Part shown: positions 1-19,455 of the stretch, piece by piece
How the letters are laid out: each line of letters begins with the position of its first letter
How positions within the stretch are numbered: the stretch's first letter is position 1
Origin: the human T2T-CHM13v2.0 reference genome, Homo sapiens
DNA: 64,000 nt
Assembly: GCF_009914755.1 (NCBI RefSeq)
Contig: NC_060930.1
Strand: one strand, 5' to 3'
Notes under the pieces: model-generated
Databases searched by the model: none
What the model saw: only the letters and a program-made list of their open reading frames with translations
What the model was told of the DNA's origin: nothing
Position numbers and translations under genes: made by a program

Positions 1-620
<620 letters not shown>

Positions 621-625
621 GCGTC

Positions 626-762
626 CTAATTTTTGTATTTTTAGTAGAGACGGGGTTTCACCATGTTGACCAGGCCGGTTTCGAACTCCTGACCTCAAGT
701 GATCTGCCCACCTCGGCCTCCCAAAGTGTTTGGATTACAGGCATGAGCCACTGTGCCTGGCC
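626..762 (-). mobile_element. Alu left arm only (AluS-like), cut at the middle A-rich linker
   Basis: Reverse complement of GGCCAGGCAC...CTAAAAATACAAAAATTAG with no right arm adjacent. Confidence 0.9.
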
Positions 763-1190
763 CCTTGCCAACACTTTATGTTGTCCTTTTTTAGTTTTAG
801 CCATTTGGAGGGCATGCTGTGGGGTCTCTTTGTGGCCTTAGTTTTTTAATTTTTAAATATTTGTTGTAGAGACAGGGTCCCACGATATTGCTCAGCCTGA
901 CTTAAACTCCTAGCTCCAAGCAATCCTCTCACCTTGGCTCCCAAACTGCTGGGATTACTGGTGTGAGCCACCGCGTCTGGCCTGTGGTCTTAGTTTTGAT
1001 TTCCTTGGTGGCTATTGTGGTTGAGCATCTTTTCACATGTTTAGTGGCATCTTCTTTTCAATAGTAACTGTTCCAATCTTTAAAAATTGCAATGATGGAT
1101 TTTTAAATTAATTGATTTGTCTCAGTTCTATACGTATTCTAGATGCCAGACCTTTACTGGGTATAATTATTGAGATACCTTCTCTCTGGC
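763..1190 (-). mobile_element. Old L1M fragment interrupted by a FLAM
   Basis: CCTTGCCAACACTT, GTTGAGCATCTTTTCACATGTTTA are antisense L1 ORF2 motifs. Confidence 0.8.
846..982 (-). mobile_element. FLAM (free left Alu monomer)
   Basis: Left monomer with TSD TGTGG(C/T)CTTAGTTTT at 831-845 and 983-997. Confidence 0.85.
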
Positions 1191-1306
1191 TGTCTTGGCA
1201 GCTTAGTGGTTGGGAAAAGCCTCTAGAGGAAACAAGCTGAGCATTGGGGTCCCCTCGCCAGACTTCCCTTTTCCCAGGGATTTTAGTCCAAGATCACAGT
1301 GTCTGA

Positions 1307-1744
<438 letters not shown>

Positions 1745-2264
1745 TAATTCATGAAGCATAATTTCATGGATGGTACATTTCAAAGGAAAGTCATAGAATG
1801 GAGAAGTATGTGTGATATCCTAAGGGTATGCTGGGCACAAACAGAGGTAAACTCTTTTTCTGGGCTGGACTGAAGGGTGGGAGCTGGAATAGGAGAAGAC
1901 AAGAAGAGTTTAGACAATCGCTATGTGGGGTTCTGTCCTGTGACCTTGGGCCTTGTCCAAGGGGATGGAGATAATATAACTAGAGAAAAGTTTGAAGATC
2001 CCAAAGCAATATCGCAAGGTTAGTCCTGTGATACTGTGGGCCTCTTTGGGAAGCCCCATCTAGTAGAATGGTGAAGTAAAAAAAGAAAACAAAAAAAGCC
2101 AGTGCTAGACTAAGAGCCAGAGGCTACCTGTCAAGTCTTGTTCCTGTGGAAGGGGAGCTTCCAGAACCAGTCTGCCCCCTAAAGCAAGCCACAGAGCTAG
2201 GCTGAAAATGGCCTGAGAGCCTGGAAGAAGCCTCCAGGTTGAGATAGGAGGACTGAGCCTTTAG

Positions 2265-3477
<1,213 letters not shown>

Positions 3478-3549
3478 ACCCTGGTTCTTAAGAACACTCT
3501 CACCCACTCCATACACAACCTCCTCCTAGAGAGAAGAGGAGAACGATCA

Positions 3550-3866
<317 letters not shown>

Positions 3867-4046
3867 CTACCACTGATGACAGGTTGAACTGTGTCACCCC
3901 AAAACATAAACAGAAGCCCTAACCCCCATACCTGTGAATGTGTCCTTATGTGGAAATAGGGTCTTTGAAGATGTAATCAAGTTAGGATGAGGTCATTAGG
4001 GTGAGCCCCGATCCAAAATAACCAGTGTCCTTGTAAGAAGAGAAGA

Positions 4047-4323
4047 GGCCCTACCAACACTTTGATTTTAGACTTCTGGCCCGCAGAACTGTGCAACAGC
4101 ACATTGCTGTTGTTCTGTGCCACCCAGTTTGCTATAATTTATTGCAGCACCCCTAGCAAACTCATACAACTCCTAAGTGGAAATGGAGGCTGGTGAACTC
4201 AATTGAGTTCAGTTATGGAAAAAGCAAGACAATCACACTTCTGTGCCTGTCCCCACATATTAAACTCTGTCTTTGAACCTATATTTTCTTTTCATATCAC
4301 CTTTGGATTCATGTGACCTTGTC
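4047..4323 (+). repeat. Copy 1 of a ~275-bp local direct duplication (copy 2 at 4798-5071)
   Basis: Manual alignment gives about 13 substitutions and one 3-bp indel. Confidence 0.95.
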
Positions 4324-4342
4324 TGTAATCTCAATCTCCTTG

Positions 4343-4638
4343 TCACGCCTGTAATCTCAGAACTTTGGGAGGCTGAGGTAGGAGGATCACTGGAGGCCAA
4401 GAATTTGAGACCAGCCTGGGCAACATAGCGAGACCCCCTCTCTACAACAAATACAGAAACTAGCTGGGTGCAGTGGGGCCCACCTGCAGTTCCAGCTACT
4501 CAGGAGGCTGAGGCAGGAGGATCACTTGAGCCCAGGCTTTGGAATCTGCAGTGAGCTATGACTATAGCATTGCACTCCAGCCTGGATGACAGAGCAAGAC
4601 CCTGTCTCAAACAAACAAACAAACAAACAAACAAAAAA
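4343..4638 (+). mobile_element. AluJ with (AAAC)n tail, 5' end disrupted
   Basis: GGAGGATCACTTGAGCCCAGG and GTGAGCTATGA are AluJ features. Confidence 0.9.
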
Positions 4639-5859
4639 CACAGCATTACAGACACATGGAGAGCAGAATGCCATGTGACTACAGAGACGGGTTGCAGTGG
4701 CGCATCACAAACCAAGGAACACCGACAGTTAGCAACCACTGGAAGCCAGGAGAAAGGTCTGGAACAGGTTCTCCTCAAGAGCCTTTGGAGAACGCATGGC
4801 CCTACCGACACTTTGATTTCAGACTTCTGGCCTGCAGAACTGTGCGACAGTACATTGCTGTTGTTCTATGCCACCTAGTTTGCTATAATTTATTGCAGCA
4901 CCCCTAGCAAACTCATACAACTCCTAACTGGAAATGGAGGCTGGTGAACTCAATTTTCAGTTATGGAAAAAGCAAGACAATCACACTTCTGTGCCTGTCC
5001 CCACCTATTAAACTCTGGCTTGGAACCTACATTTTCTTTTCGTATCACCTTTGGATTCATGTGACCTTGTCCGCAGTGTGCTGACTTGCCTCTCTCCACC
5101 TGGGAATTCCCCAAGTTTCGATATGCACAGGTATCAGCTGCCTTGTGTACATTAATACAGGAAGTGTTAGGAGGCGTTTGCTCTTCTGGTTCTATTTCAT
5201 TAAGCAAGCTGAAGCTGGCTGGAGTCAGAATTTACAGGGACCAAGGAATTAGATACAGCTCACAGCCATGTGTACTTTGCAGTGAAAAATAACTCAGGCC
5301 AAGGTCTCACCAGGAAGGGAATTGCTGAAAGTACTTTATGCAATTACAATATTTTCTCCTATAAATGTGTATCATCAGTGCTGATCTTCTGTGCGATGGA
5401 AGGGCTCTGGGACCTCCTCCTCGATTAACTTGCCTTCTCTGCTTCTAACAGTGTCTGAGATTACAGCATGCATCATCATTCCTTCGGCTCTCAAAGACAT
5501 TGTCAGTTTTTCAATTAAAGCACAAATATCCCCCGAGAAAGTTCACAGCTTAAGCTCTTAGCAACAGCCAACTGTTGTTTACTGTGGGGATTCTATCCTG
5601 GGACCTGGAGGAGATGCTGAAGATGTAAAGGGAGACGGCACCAACTTCCCAACGTGGCCTAGGACTAGGCCATCGTAATCATCGACAGCCAAGATTTAAT
5701 AAACATCCATGTAGCAACAGTGATAATTAACTTGGAAATCTTCAGCTTTAATTTCAAAATAGAAAGGAGTTCATTAATACAATGAAGAGTCTTATGTTTC
5801 CCACAGGGCTGGAGGTCAGGCCCATCTACTCTGTGATGAGCTGCAGTCTCTGTATATGT

Positions 5860-6013
5860 GCTTCTCTTTTTCAAGCCTCGGAGTAGTTCTCACTGTGAAA
5901 TGGGATAATAATATTACCTATCTCATTAGGACGTTATGAGATGCAGACGAGATAAATTATCTAAAGAATTGAGCCCAGTGCTTGGCATGGAACAAACACT
6001 CAATAAACATTAG
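5860..6013 (+). mobile_element. MIR
   Basis: CTGTGAAATGGGATAATAATATTACCTATCTCATTAGG...CACTCAATAAACATTAG. Confidence 0.8.
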
Positions 6014-6152
6014 TGAATGTTCTCTCCTTTTGTTAATACATAGTGAGCTTCTCCGTGTAGTGGCAGTTTCATGCTAATTGTGTTTTTCCACAGTGTTCAG
6101 AGCTATGCTGTTAGTATGAAGTAAGGGATCAGTTCATCAAAACGCATTCAGT

Positions 6153-6974
<822 letters not shown>

Positions 6975-7022
6975 TATGCCAAAGTGAAATAAAGAATCAG
7001 GATGACAGAAACTCTTTCACTG

Positions 7023-7525
<503 letters not shown>

Positions 7526-7527
7526 GT

Positions 7528-8020
<493 letters not shown>

Positions 8021-8244
8021 TTAAGGAAAAAAGTAAAGCCAACATTTAAACCAGACCTTGTGACTCCAGTTGGGGCTAACTGCGCCGTGCTCTGTGCGCT
8101 CATGTGTGCACACGGAGGCTTCGCCTTTCATTATGCTGACTTTCACTGTTCTTGCAAATGTGTGGTGGTCAGAGCTTTGTAAACATTTCTTAGTGTAATC
8201 ACATATGGGATGATAGCCATCTGGCCAGGAAAAAAGGGGATTAA

Positions 8245-9120
<876 letters not shown>

Positions 9121-9490
9121 TTGTAGTTTAACAAATAAATTTTCTAAAATGTACAGTAGACTGGGTTAAGCTCTTTAACCAAATCCTAAATTGCTTTTGC
9201 ATCCTATTATGGCATTGCTAGGAGTGTGCATTTGCAGATGATGGAAAAAGACAGCCTGAGGTGAGAAGAGGGGAGGAAAGGAGCTCTCTGCACTGAGTGT
9301 CTGTTTAGCCTCTCCTTCTCAGGGCTGCTGCTTTAAAACAGGTTGTCTGTTTTTGCTGGGGAATTCCATAAATGAAAGGTGTTTGCTGAGAGTCTCATCC
9401 TAAATGACATGAAAGACTTACAAAATATGGAAAGAGTAGGGAAGCCACTGCAGGTGTTAATGGGAGTTTTAAATAATCTAGAGGACCACA

Positions 9491-9801
9491 TTTTATTTAT
9501 TTTATTTTTTATTTTCTGTTTGAGACAGAATTTCGCTTTTGTTGCCCAGGCCGGAGTGCAATGGTGTGATCTCGGCTCACCGCAACCTCCGCCTCCCGGA
9601 TTCAAGCCATTCTCCTGCCTCAGCCTCCTGAGTAGCTGGGATTATAGGCGTGCACCATTACACCCAGCTAATTTTGTATTTTTAGTAGAGACAGGGTTTC
9701 TCCACGTTGGTCAGGTTGGCCTTGAACTCCTGACCTCAGGTGATCGGCCCGCCTCGGCCTCCCAAAGTACTGGGATTACAGGAGTGAGCCACCATGCCCC
9801 A
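9491..9801 (-). mobile_element. AluSp-like
   Basis: GGTTTCTCCACGTTGGTCAGG diagnostic. Confidence 0.9.
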
Positions 9802-10108
9802 CTGAGGAGTACGTTTTAATGTCGAGCGATTTTAAATTATTTTTTATGGAACACTGTGCTTTACAGTGTTATGATACAAATCTAACCTTTGAGCCAGTCC
9901 TATAGAAAACTATATCTAATTTAAAAGCTTGAATTTGGATTTTAGAATGTGTGACCTCTTTAAAGCTTATAATTAGAAAGTTTGGTAAAAAGCAAACAAC
10001 AGCTGCAAGTTTAAGGTATTGCTACTCAAACTGAAGACAATAACGATTCATTAATTCATATCTCCATTAATTCAAAAGTATTTATACTATCTGGTAAGAC
10101 AAAATTTA

Positions 10109-10523
<415 letters not shown>

Positions 10524-11169
10524 CTATATGTATTGACATGCAAATATTATTTATTTCACATAATAGGTATATATGATACATTTGATGAATATTTACTATA
10601 ATTGCTACATGATACCCTGAGACTTTATTTTTCTTCCTTTTAAGATATATTAAACCCAGAAGAAATTGGACTTCATATAAATACGAGCTCAAGTTCAGGT
10701 TTAGCTCATTTAATACCCCAGCTTTGAAATGAAAACCCCCAAATTCTATATCATTGCCAAATCATAACACTTTTTGAGGAAGTCCATGATGGTTCGTGTG
10801 TCCCAATTCAACCACACACCATGACACCGAAACAGACCTCATAGCTCTTTTACAAGTAGGTAAAAGCTGGCTGAAGTCCATTGTCTAGGTAGTTTAATTT
10901 CAAAAATTACTTCCCTTCAAAAGATCCTGTCTGTAATCCAGATGGCTCTATGCCAACCCTTAACTTCAAATGTGGCTAAAGTTATCTTTGTCTGCAAGCA
11001 GAAGTATTGACTGTTTTTCTTCCCTTCCTACACACTTAGAAATGTGACCACCGAAAGTACTGGGGTCCAAACTCCAGACTCCAATACTTTCCATGATAAT
11101 AAGAAGCATTTATAGAACAGTAAGTTAGGAAGACTGTGCTGCTGAGGGCAGAGTGGAAATGACTGAGTT

Positions 11170-11570
<401 letters not shown>

Positions 11571-11680
11571 TTAATGGGTGAAGGAATTGGAAAACTAGAG
11601 CTTAGCATCATAAAGGGAAATTTGAGAGAAAAGGTGCGCTCATATGGTGTAAGTTTTGCATTTCACAGTAAGTTTATTAG

Positions 11681-12109
<429 letters not shown>

Positions 12110-12162
12110 TGATTTAGAAAGTATTGACTTCTGTGTTTTCAGATATGTTTATCAAGTTAACT

Positions 12163-12578
12163 GGATTCGTTCTCACACTGCTATACAGAAATACCTGAGA
12201 CTAGGTACTTCATAAAGAAAAGAGGTTTAATTGGCTCATGGTTCTGCAGGCTGTACAGGAAACATGGCGGCTTCTGCTTGGCTTCTGGGGAGGCCTCAGG
12301 GAACTTACAATCATGGCAGAAGGCGAAGGGGAAGCAGGCAAGTCTTAAGTGGCGGGAGCAGGAGAAAGAGAGATATGGGGGAAAGGTGCCACACGCTTTT
12401 AAGCAACCAGATGTTGTGAGAACTCACTCACTACACAGTACTAATGGGGGACGGTACTAAACCATTCATGAGAACTCTGCCCCACGATCCAGTCATCTCT
12501 CACCAGGCCCTGCCTCCAACACTGGGGATCACGATTTGACATGAGATTTGGGTGGGGACACAGATCCAAACTATATTA
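12163..12578 (-). mobile_element. MSTA-like MaLR solo LTR
   Basis: ATAAAGAAAAGAGGTTTAATTGGCTCATGGTTCTGCAGGCTGTACAGG...GAGATTTGGGTGGGGACACAGATCCAAAC. Confidence 0.9.
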
Positions 12579-12661
12579 CTAACTATAAATGATGAAAAAC
12601 GAAGCAAACTTAACATCAGTTTTTATCAACTTAAAACAACCAATATCACAGGTAACTTTTT

Positions 12662-12881
12662 TTTTTTGGGTGGAAGATTATTTATTTATATATTTTTTAT
12701 TGTACTTTAAGTTCTAGGGTACGTGTGCACAACGTGCAGGTTTGTTACATAATGTATACATGTGCCATGTTGGTGTGCTGCACCCATTAACTCATCATTT
12801 ACATTAGGTGTTTCTCCTAATGCTATCCCTTCCCACTCCCCCCACCCCACAGCAGGCCCCCGTGTGTGCTCTTCCCCTTCC
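12662..12881 (-). mobile_element. Short 5'-truncated L1PA insertion
   Basis: L1PA 3' end (ACTTTAAGTTCTAGGGTAC...); TSD ATCACAGGTAACTTTTT at 12645-12661 and 12882-12898. Confidence 0.93.
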
Positions 12882-13878
12882 ATCACAGGTAACTTTTTAA
12901 AAGGATTTATGTTTTGAGGGTAAAGGCCAAGGTGAAAAGTCTTTTGCTATGTCCCGTAGGGTATCTGCATGTGGGGTACACAGGAGCCAGGCTAGTGCAT
13001 GAGCAACTTGGGCTGCTGCGCCCAAAACTCCCTCGCAAATTTAAGAATGGCACGCTTCCCAGGAAGCACTGAGGACCACTGTCTCCTCTTCAGAGATGCC
13101 TGGAGATGCTTTCCAGCTAAGGAATCGGATAGAGACAATACTGGTCCTGGCCAGGAGTCTCTGTAGTCCCATCCAAGGTTTTTAGTTCTGGAATCTTGAG
13201 CAGTTGTCTAAACAAAACATAGATCTTTTATCATGGTGTAGTAATCCTAGCAGGTAACCTTTCGTTTTTTAGTATTCCTTCAAAGATACATATATTAGAC
13301 TCTAGTAATTTGTTGGTGGGAAGGACAGCTGGTAAGATAAATCCAAGAGAAAGAAAGAAAACACTTGTGTGCACCCACATGCCTGTTCCTTCAACTACAC
13401 ACCATATGCACATGCAAATGGTTTGAAGGCAATGGAGGGTGGATCGAATTTTGGGCTAAACGCAGCTTTTTGGAATTCCAGTCACACCTACCTCTTTCTT
13501 TCAGGGATTTGAAAAATGCGGTGAAGTGAATCAAGCGGGCTCCTGAGCGCCAGCTGAGAGGCTCATTTGTATTGGGCCAAGTGATCTTCAGGAGGGAGAA
13601 TTGCAGCCTTCCTCCAAGAGGCTGTGCTCTAGGAATTTCAACTACAGAAGTAGCCTGACCCATTGGCAGAACTGTCTGCCTCTGCTGGAGAGACGGCTGG
13701 ACTTGAGCCTGTGCAATCTTCACCCCTTGGCTAGATCTTGAGGCGTGGGAGAGGCAGACTGTGTAGTAGCCTGTTACCATGATGGGGAATTAAGCAGTAG
13801 AAATGCAGTTAGTAAAAGTAACCATTGCTGGATCCTAGTTCTCTTCTACAAACAGGCTGTAAGACTGTATTTGAGAGG

Positions 13879-14172
<294 letters not shown>

Positions 14173-14494
14173 AAACAGGACAGTATTTGAGCTCCTTAGA
14201 GACAGGCATTGAATGGCATAATTTTTTGCCGGTATTGCCATTGTGTGGGTGTGGTGAAGGTCCTTTCTGTAGCCGGCGGTGCCCAGGCTGAGGCAGAGAG
14301 TTTACGTGGCAGCAAGACTCTTCCTTCAGGTGTTGTGAACAAGAGTTAATATTGCTTCAAAGAATTGTCCAAAAGTGACGGTGGTGTGTTAAGGAACCTC
14401 TCTTTGAGGCAGAACTCAGAGGAAGGATAACTTGTCTGTTGAAACTAAGAGACAAGTACTTGAATACTTTCTGGTCCTGGGAAGCTTCTGGAAA

Positions 14495-14612
14495 CCAATT
14501 CAATGCCCCAAACACTGATAGGCACCTTCCATATATGTCAGGAAATATACTAAGTGATCAGGGATAGACAGATGAGTTGGGCATGATCCCTTCCCTCACA
14601 GAGTTTAGATCT
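14495..14612 (-). mobile_element. L2 3' fragment
   Basis: Degenerate CACTGATAGGCACCTTCCATATATGTCAGG...TCCCTTCCCTCACAGAGTTTAGA. Confidence 0.55.
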
Positions 14613-14650
14613 GGGTAATCCAGGTCTAAAGACTCTGCAAGAGAATATGA

Positions 14651-14996
<346 letters not shown>

Positions 14997-15503
14997 TATT
15001 ATTATTAAATTTTTTAGGACATAATAGGATACTGTAGCTGAGTAGTTTTGAAGCCTTGGTGGTTATCAAGTGAGTGGATGTTGAGGAAAGTGGGGCTGCC
15101 TTTTAAAACATGCTGCTCTTTTTGTCTTTGCAAGGGGTAGAAATTTGAATTTGTCTTTGGGGGTAGATTCTTCTGTAATTCCCTTCTGGTTCCTTAGCCT
15201 TCTGTCAAGTTTTGTTGACTCTCACCTCTTGGTCTTACCTGTGAAAACTAGGAGAGGAGGCACCCTGTGCCTCCAGGTGAGGCGAAGCCCTTGGGGTAGG
15301 AATGCATAGAGACAATTGCAGCCAAGGGAGTCATGGACAGGAACAAAACTGCCGGCTGAGGGACACGTGCCAGCAAGGAGAGACGTGTAGCAATGTTAGT
15401 ATTCATCTGGAATGTGCTGGAAGAGTTTGGGAGGGGAAACTGGATGATGCCTGGACTTCCTGAGCCTGTAGAATATGCTGGTTAGTGGATCATGGTCTCT
15501 TAG

Positions 15504-16084
<581 letters not shown>

Positions 16085-16446
16085 AGATCTAGACCTTTTA
16101 AACAACTGCCTTTGCCAGCTGGCTTGTTGTTAAGCATAGTGGACATGGGGCATGGGAGAGACACTGCAGGAGGACAGAGCTTTGCCTCCGGGTTGCCAAG
16201 CTTCTGCTCAGCAGGCTCCTGCAGCTTGGGAGGCTTCTCTGGGAGCATCCAGAAGCCACCTGTTTCTTCCAGAACCCTGCTTTTGTAGGTGCATTTGTAG
16301 TGAAAAGCCTCCATGAGACGCCTCCCTGTGAACAGCTTTCTTCATACTCTAAAGGGTAGATATCCAGCAAGTTCTAAAGGTTGGATTACCAGCAAGTTCC
16401 ACTGGAAGACACCTCAGTGACCTCTCTGCCATTTAGTGAACCATAG

Positions 16447-16870
<424 letters not shown>

Positions 16871-17286
16871 TGCTCTTCCCATTTTCTTTTGTCTTTCTTA
16901 CTAACCTAGTCAATCCCCCACTACTCCAAGTCCCGTTATAGTTAATAATTCTTTGTATTAAACTTTCACTGTTGAAATCATTGTGTAGCCTCTCTCTTGG
17001 TTGGACCCATATGTACACACGTGGGTGGTATGGGAGCTCAGACTCTGGTTACTTGGCTGTCAAGGGATGGTGTCTCACAAGAGGAGAGGAATTAGAGCCA
17101 TCTGGGTTCTATATATTTTTTCAAGTTTGTACAACAAACATGTTACTTTTATAATCAGAAAAATATTTTAAAATAGTGCGAAAAATGCAATAAAAGAAGC
17201 AAGAAAAATAAACACATACCAGCACCCCCCCACCCCCCGTCTCAGTGTGGTAGGTGTGAGTCAGAAGTAAGAAGTAAATAAGTGTT

Positions 17287-17575
17287 GGCCGGGCGCCATG
17301 GCTCACACCCTAATCCCAACACTTTGGGAGGCTGTGGGCAGATCACTAGAGGTCAGGGGTTCGAGACCAGCCTGGCCAACATGGTGAAACTCCGTGTCTA
17401 CTAACAGTACAGAAATTATCTGGGTGTGGCGGTGCATGCCTGTAGTCCCAGCTACTTGGGAGGCTGAGGCAGGAGAATCACTTGAACCCGGGAGGTGGAG
17501 GTTGAGCGAGCTGAGATCGTGCCGCTGCACTCCAGCCTGGGCGACAGAGACAGACTCCATCTCAAAACAAAGCAA
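17287..17575 (+). mobile_element. AluS
   Basis: Full dimer; GTAAATAAG flanks. Confidence 0.93.
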
Positions 17576-18519
17576 GCACCGCCCCCCCCCACCCCACCCA
17601 CAAAACAGTAAATAAGTGTCAAGGAAGAAAAGGTCTTTGGAGGTGATGCTTGAATTGAGCATGGAAGAGTGAGTGGAGTGGGAAGATATTTTCCTAGGCA
17701 GAGCCAAGTGCGCAAAGATGCAGACAAGACCAGGGGAGGGCCTACAGAGTGGGAGGGGCCAGTCACTACTAGTTCGGTGTGTACAGAGCCTGTGGTGGTT
17801 GAGGGTGGAGAGCAGGTCTGTCCGATCCCCGCAAAGCCTGGAGGCTTCCTTTTGATACTGGGTGTGTTGTGGGAAAGCTGATTTCATTTGTCTTTTTGAC
17901 TCACAGTTCTCCACGGATCTCCCGTTACGGAGACTGGGTCGTATTCACGCACTGCACCTAACTGACCAGGGCCCTGGCTGCTGTGCTCTGAACTCCAGCA
18001 CTGGGATTGTGCCCAACGCCACCCTTCCCACCTGGCCGCTCCCAGCCAAGGACTGGTGGCGGCATGGACACGAAGGCAGGCAGGTTCCGGGGAGAATCGG
18101 GATCCCCATGATGCGTAATTTTGGCTGAAGGGCTCACGGATGATCTTGCTGAGCTTTTCTTAGACTGCAGGGAGGCCGGGATGGGTGCTTCCCTCCCTCC
18201 TTCACTTGGGCTCTGATTTGCAGAAGGTCCGGCCCTCTCCAGCTCTCACGGCTCCCTCCTCATTTAGTTCCACGGCCATTTCCCCCAAGAAAACCCTCCG
18301 CATCTAGTCCTGAGTGGGCGCTGCTTCTCGGAGGACCCACCCTAACACATGGCCTGCATCTACCTTCCCTTCCCTCTCCTCTCCGGGGTGCAGCCTTTTT
18401 CAAGGCGAGGAGAGTGATTCCAGGCAGCTTTCATTCCTGGGTCTCCTTAGCTCCCTCGCCCTTCCCAGCATCTGGGCCCACTGGGCCACTCAGGCTTTTC
18501 TAATAAAAATCGCAGCTTT

Positions 18520-18996
<477 letters not shown>

Positions 18997-19188
18997 TTAA
19001 ATTCCTTGGGGAAGGGACGGGGTCGCACTGGCGCATCGCATCCCCGGTAGCGGGCAGAGCCCCCAGCTCACAGTGAGCGCGTGCTCGATGTTTCTTGAAT
19101 TGTTTTATTTGTGTTGTTCCAAAGAAAGCGCGAGGGACATGGTCCGGGACCAGCCGGGAGCTGGCGCGGGGGTCCTGGGCCTGACGCT

Positions 19189-19227
19189 GGGCGGGGCTGG
19201 GGCGTGTCCGGGGCGGGGCGGGGCGGG
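19189..19227 (+). promoter_or_regulatory. Sp1/KLF GC-box cluster, G-quadruplex-capable
   Basis: GGGCGGGG at 19189 and GGGGCGGGGCGGGGCGGG at 19210-19227. Confidence 0.8.
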
Positions 19228-19279
19228 AGGTGCGGTCGCGGCTCGGGCCTGGCAGGCGCTGCGCGCGGGGCTGGGGCAG

Positions 19280-19455
19280 CGGTAACCGTAACTGTGGCCG
19301 CGGCCGCCGCAGGCGCACAGCGCGCGTCCAAGTGGAGAACAAAGTGACCCCCAGAACTTCTCCAACTCCTCCCGGCGTTCCCGCGAGGGCCACGCGCCGA
19401 GGGTAGCGGAGGGCGGCGCGCGACCGGCCCCACCGAGCCCGGCGCGCGACCCGAG
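19280..19455 (+). other. Probable non-coding first exon of an unidentified gene (start approximate)
   Basis: Lies just downstream of the GC boxes, has no ATG, ends at consensus donor GAG|GTAAGG. Confidence 0.75.

Larger units (their letters stand above)
3874..4919 (+). mobile_element. MLT1C-like MaLR LTR, interrupted by a duplicated segment and an AluJ
   Basis: GGAAATAGGGTCTTTGAAGATGTAATCAAGTTAGGATGAGGTCATTAGGGTG at the 5' end; CTAGCAAACTCATACA terminus. Confidence 0.85.

Noticed and set aside
19280-19455. Assigning a gene symbol to the promoter and first exon
   Set aside because: No coding exon lies in the window and I could not match the UTR with confidence; BLAT is needed.
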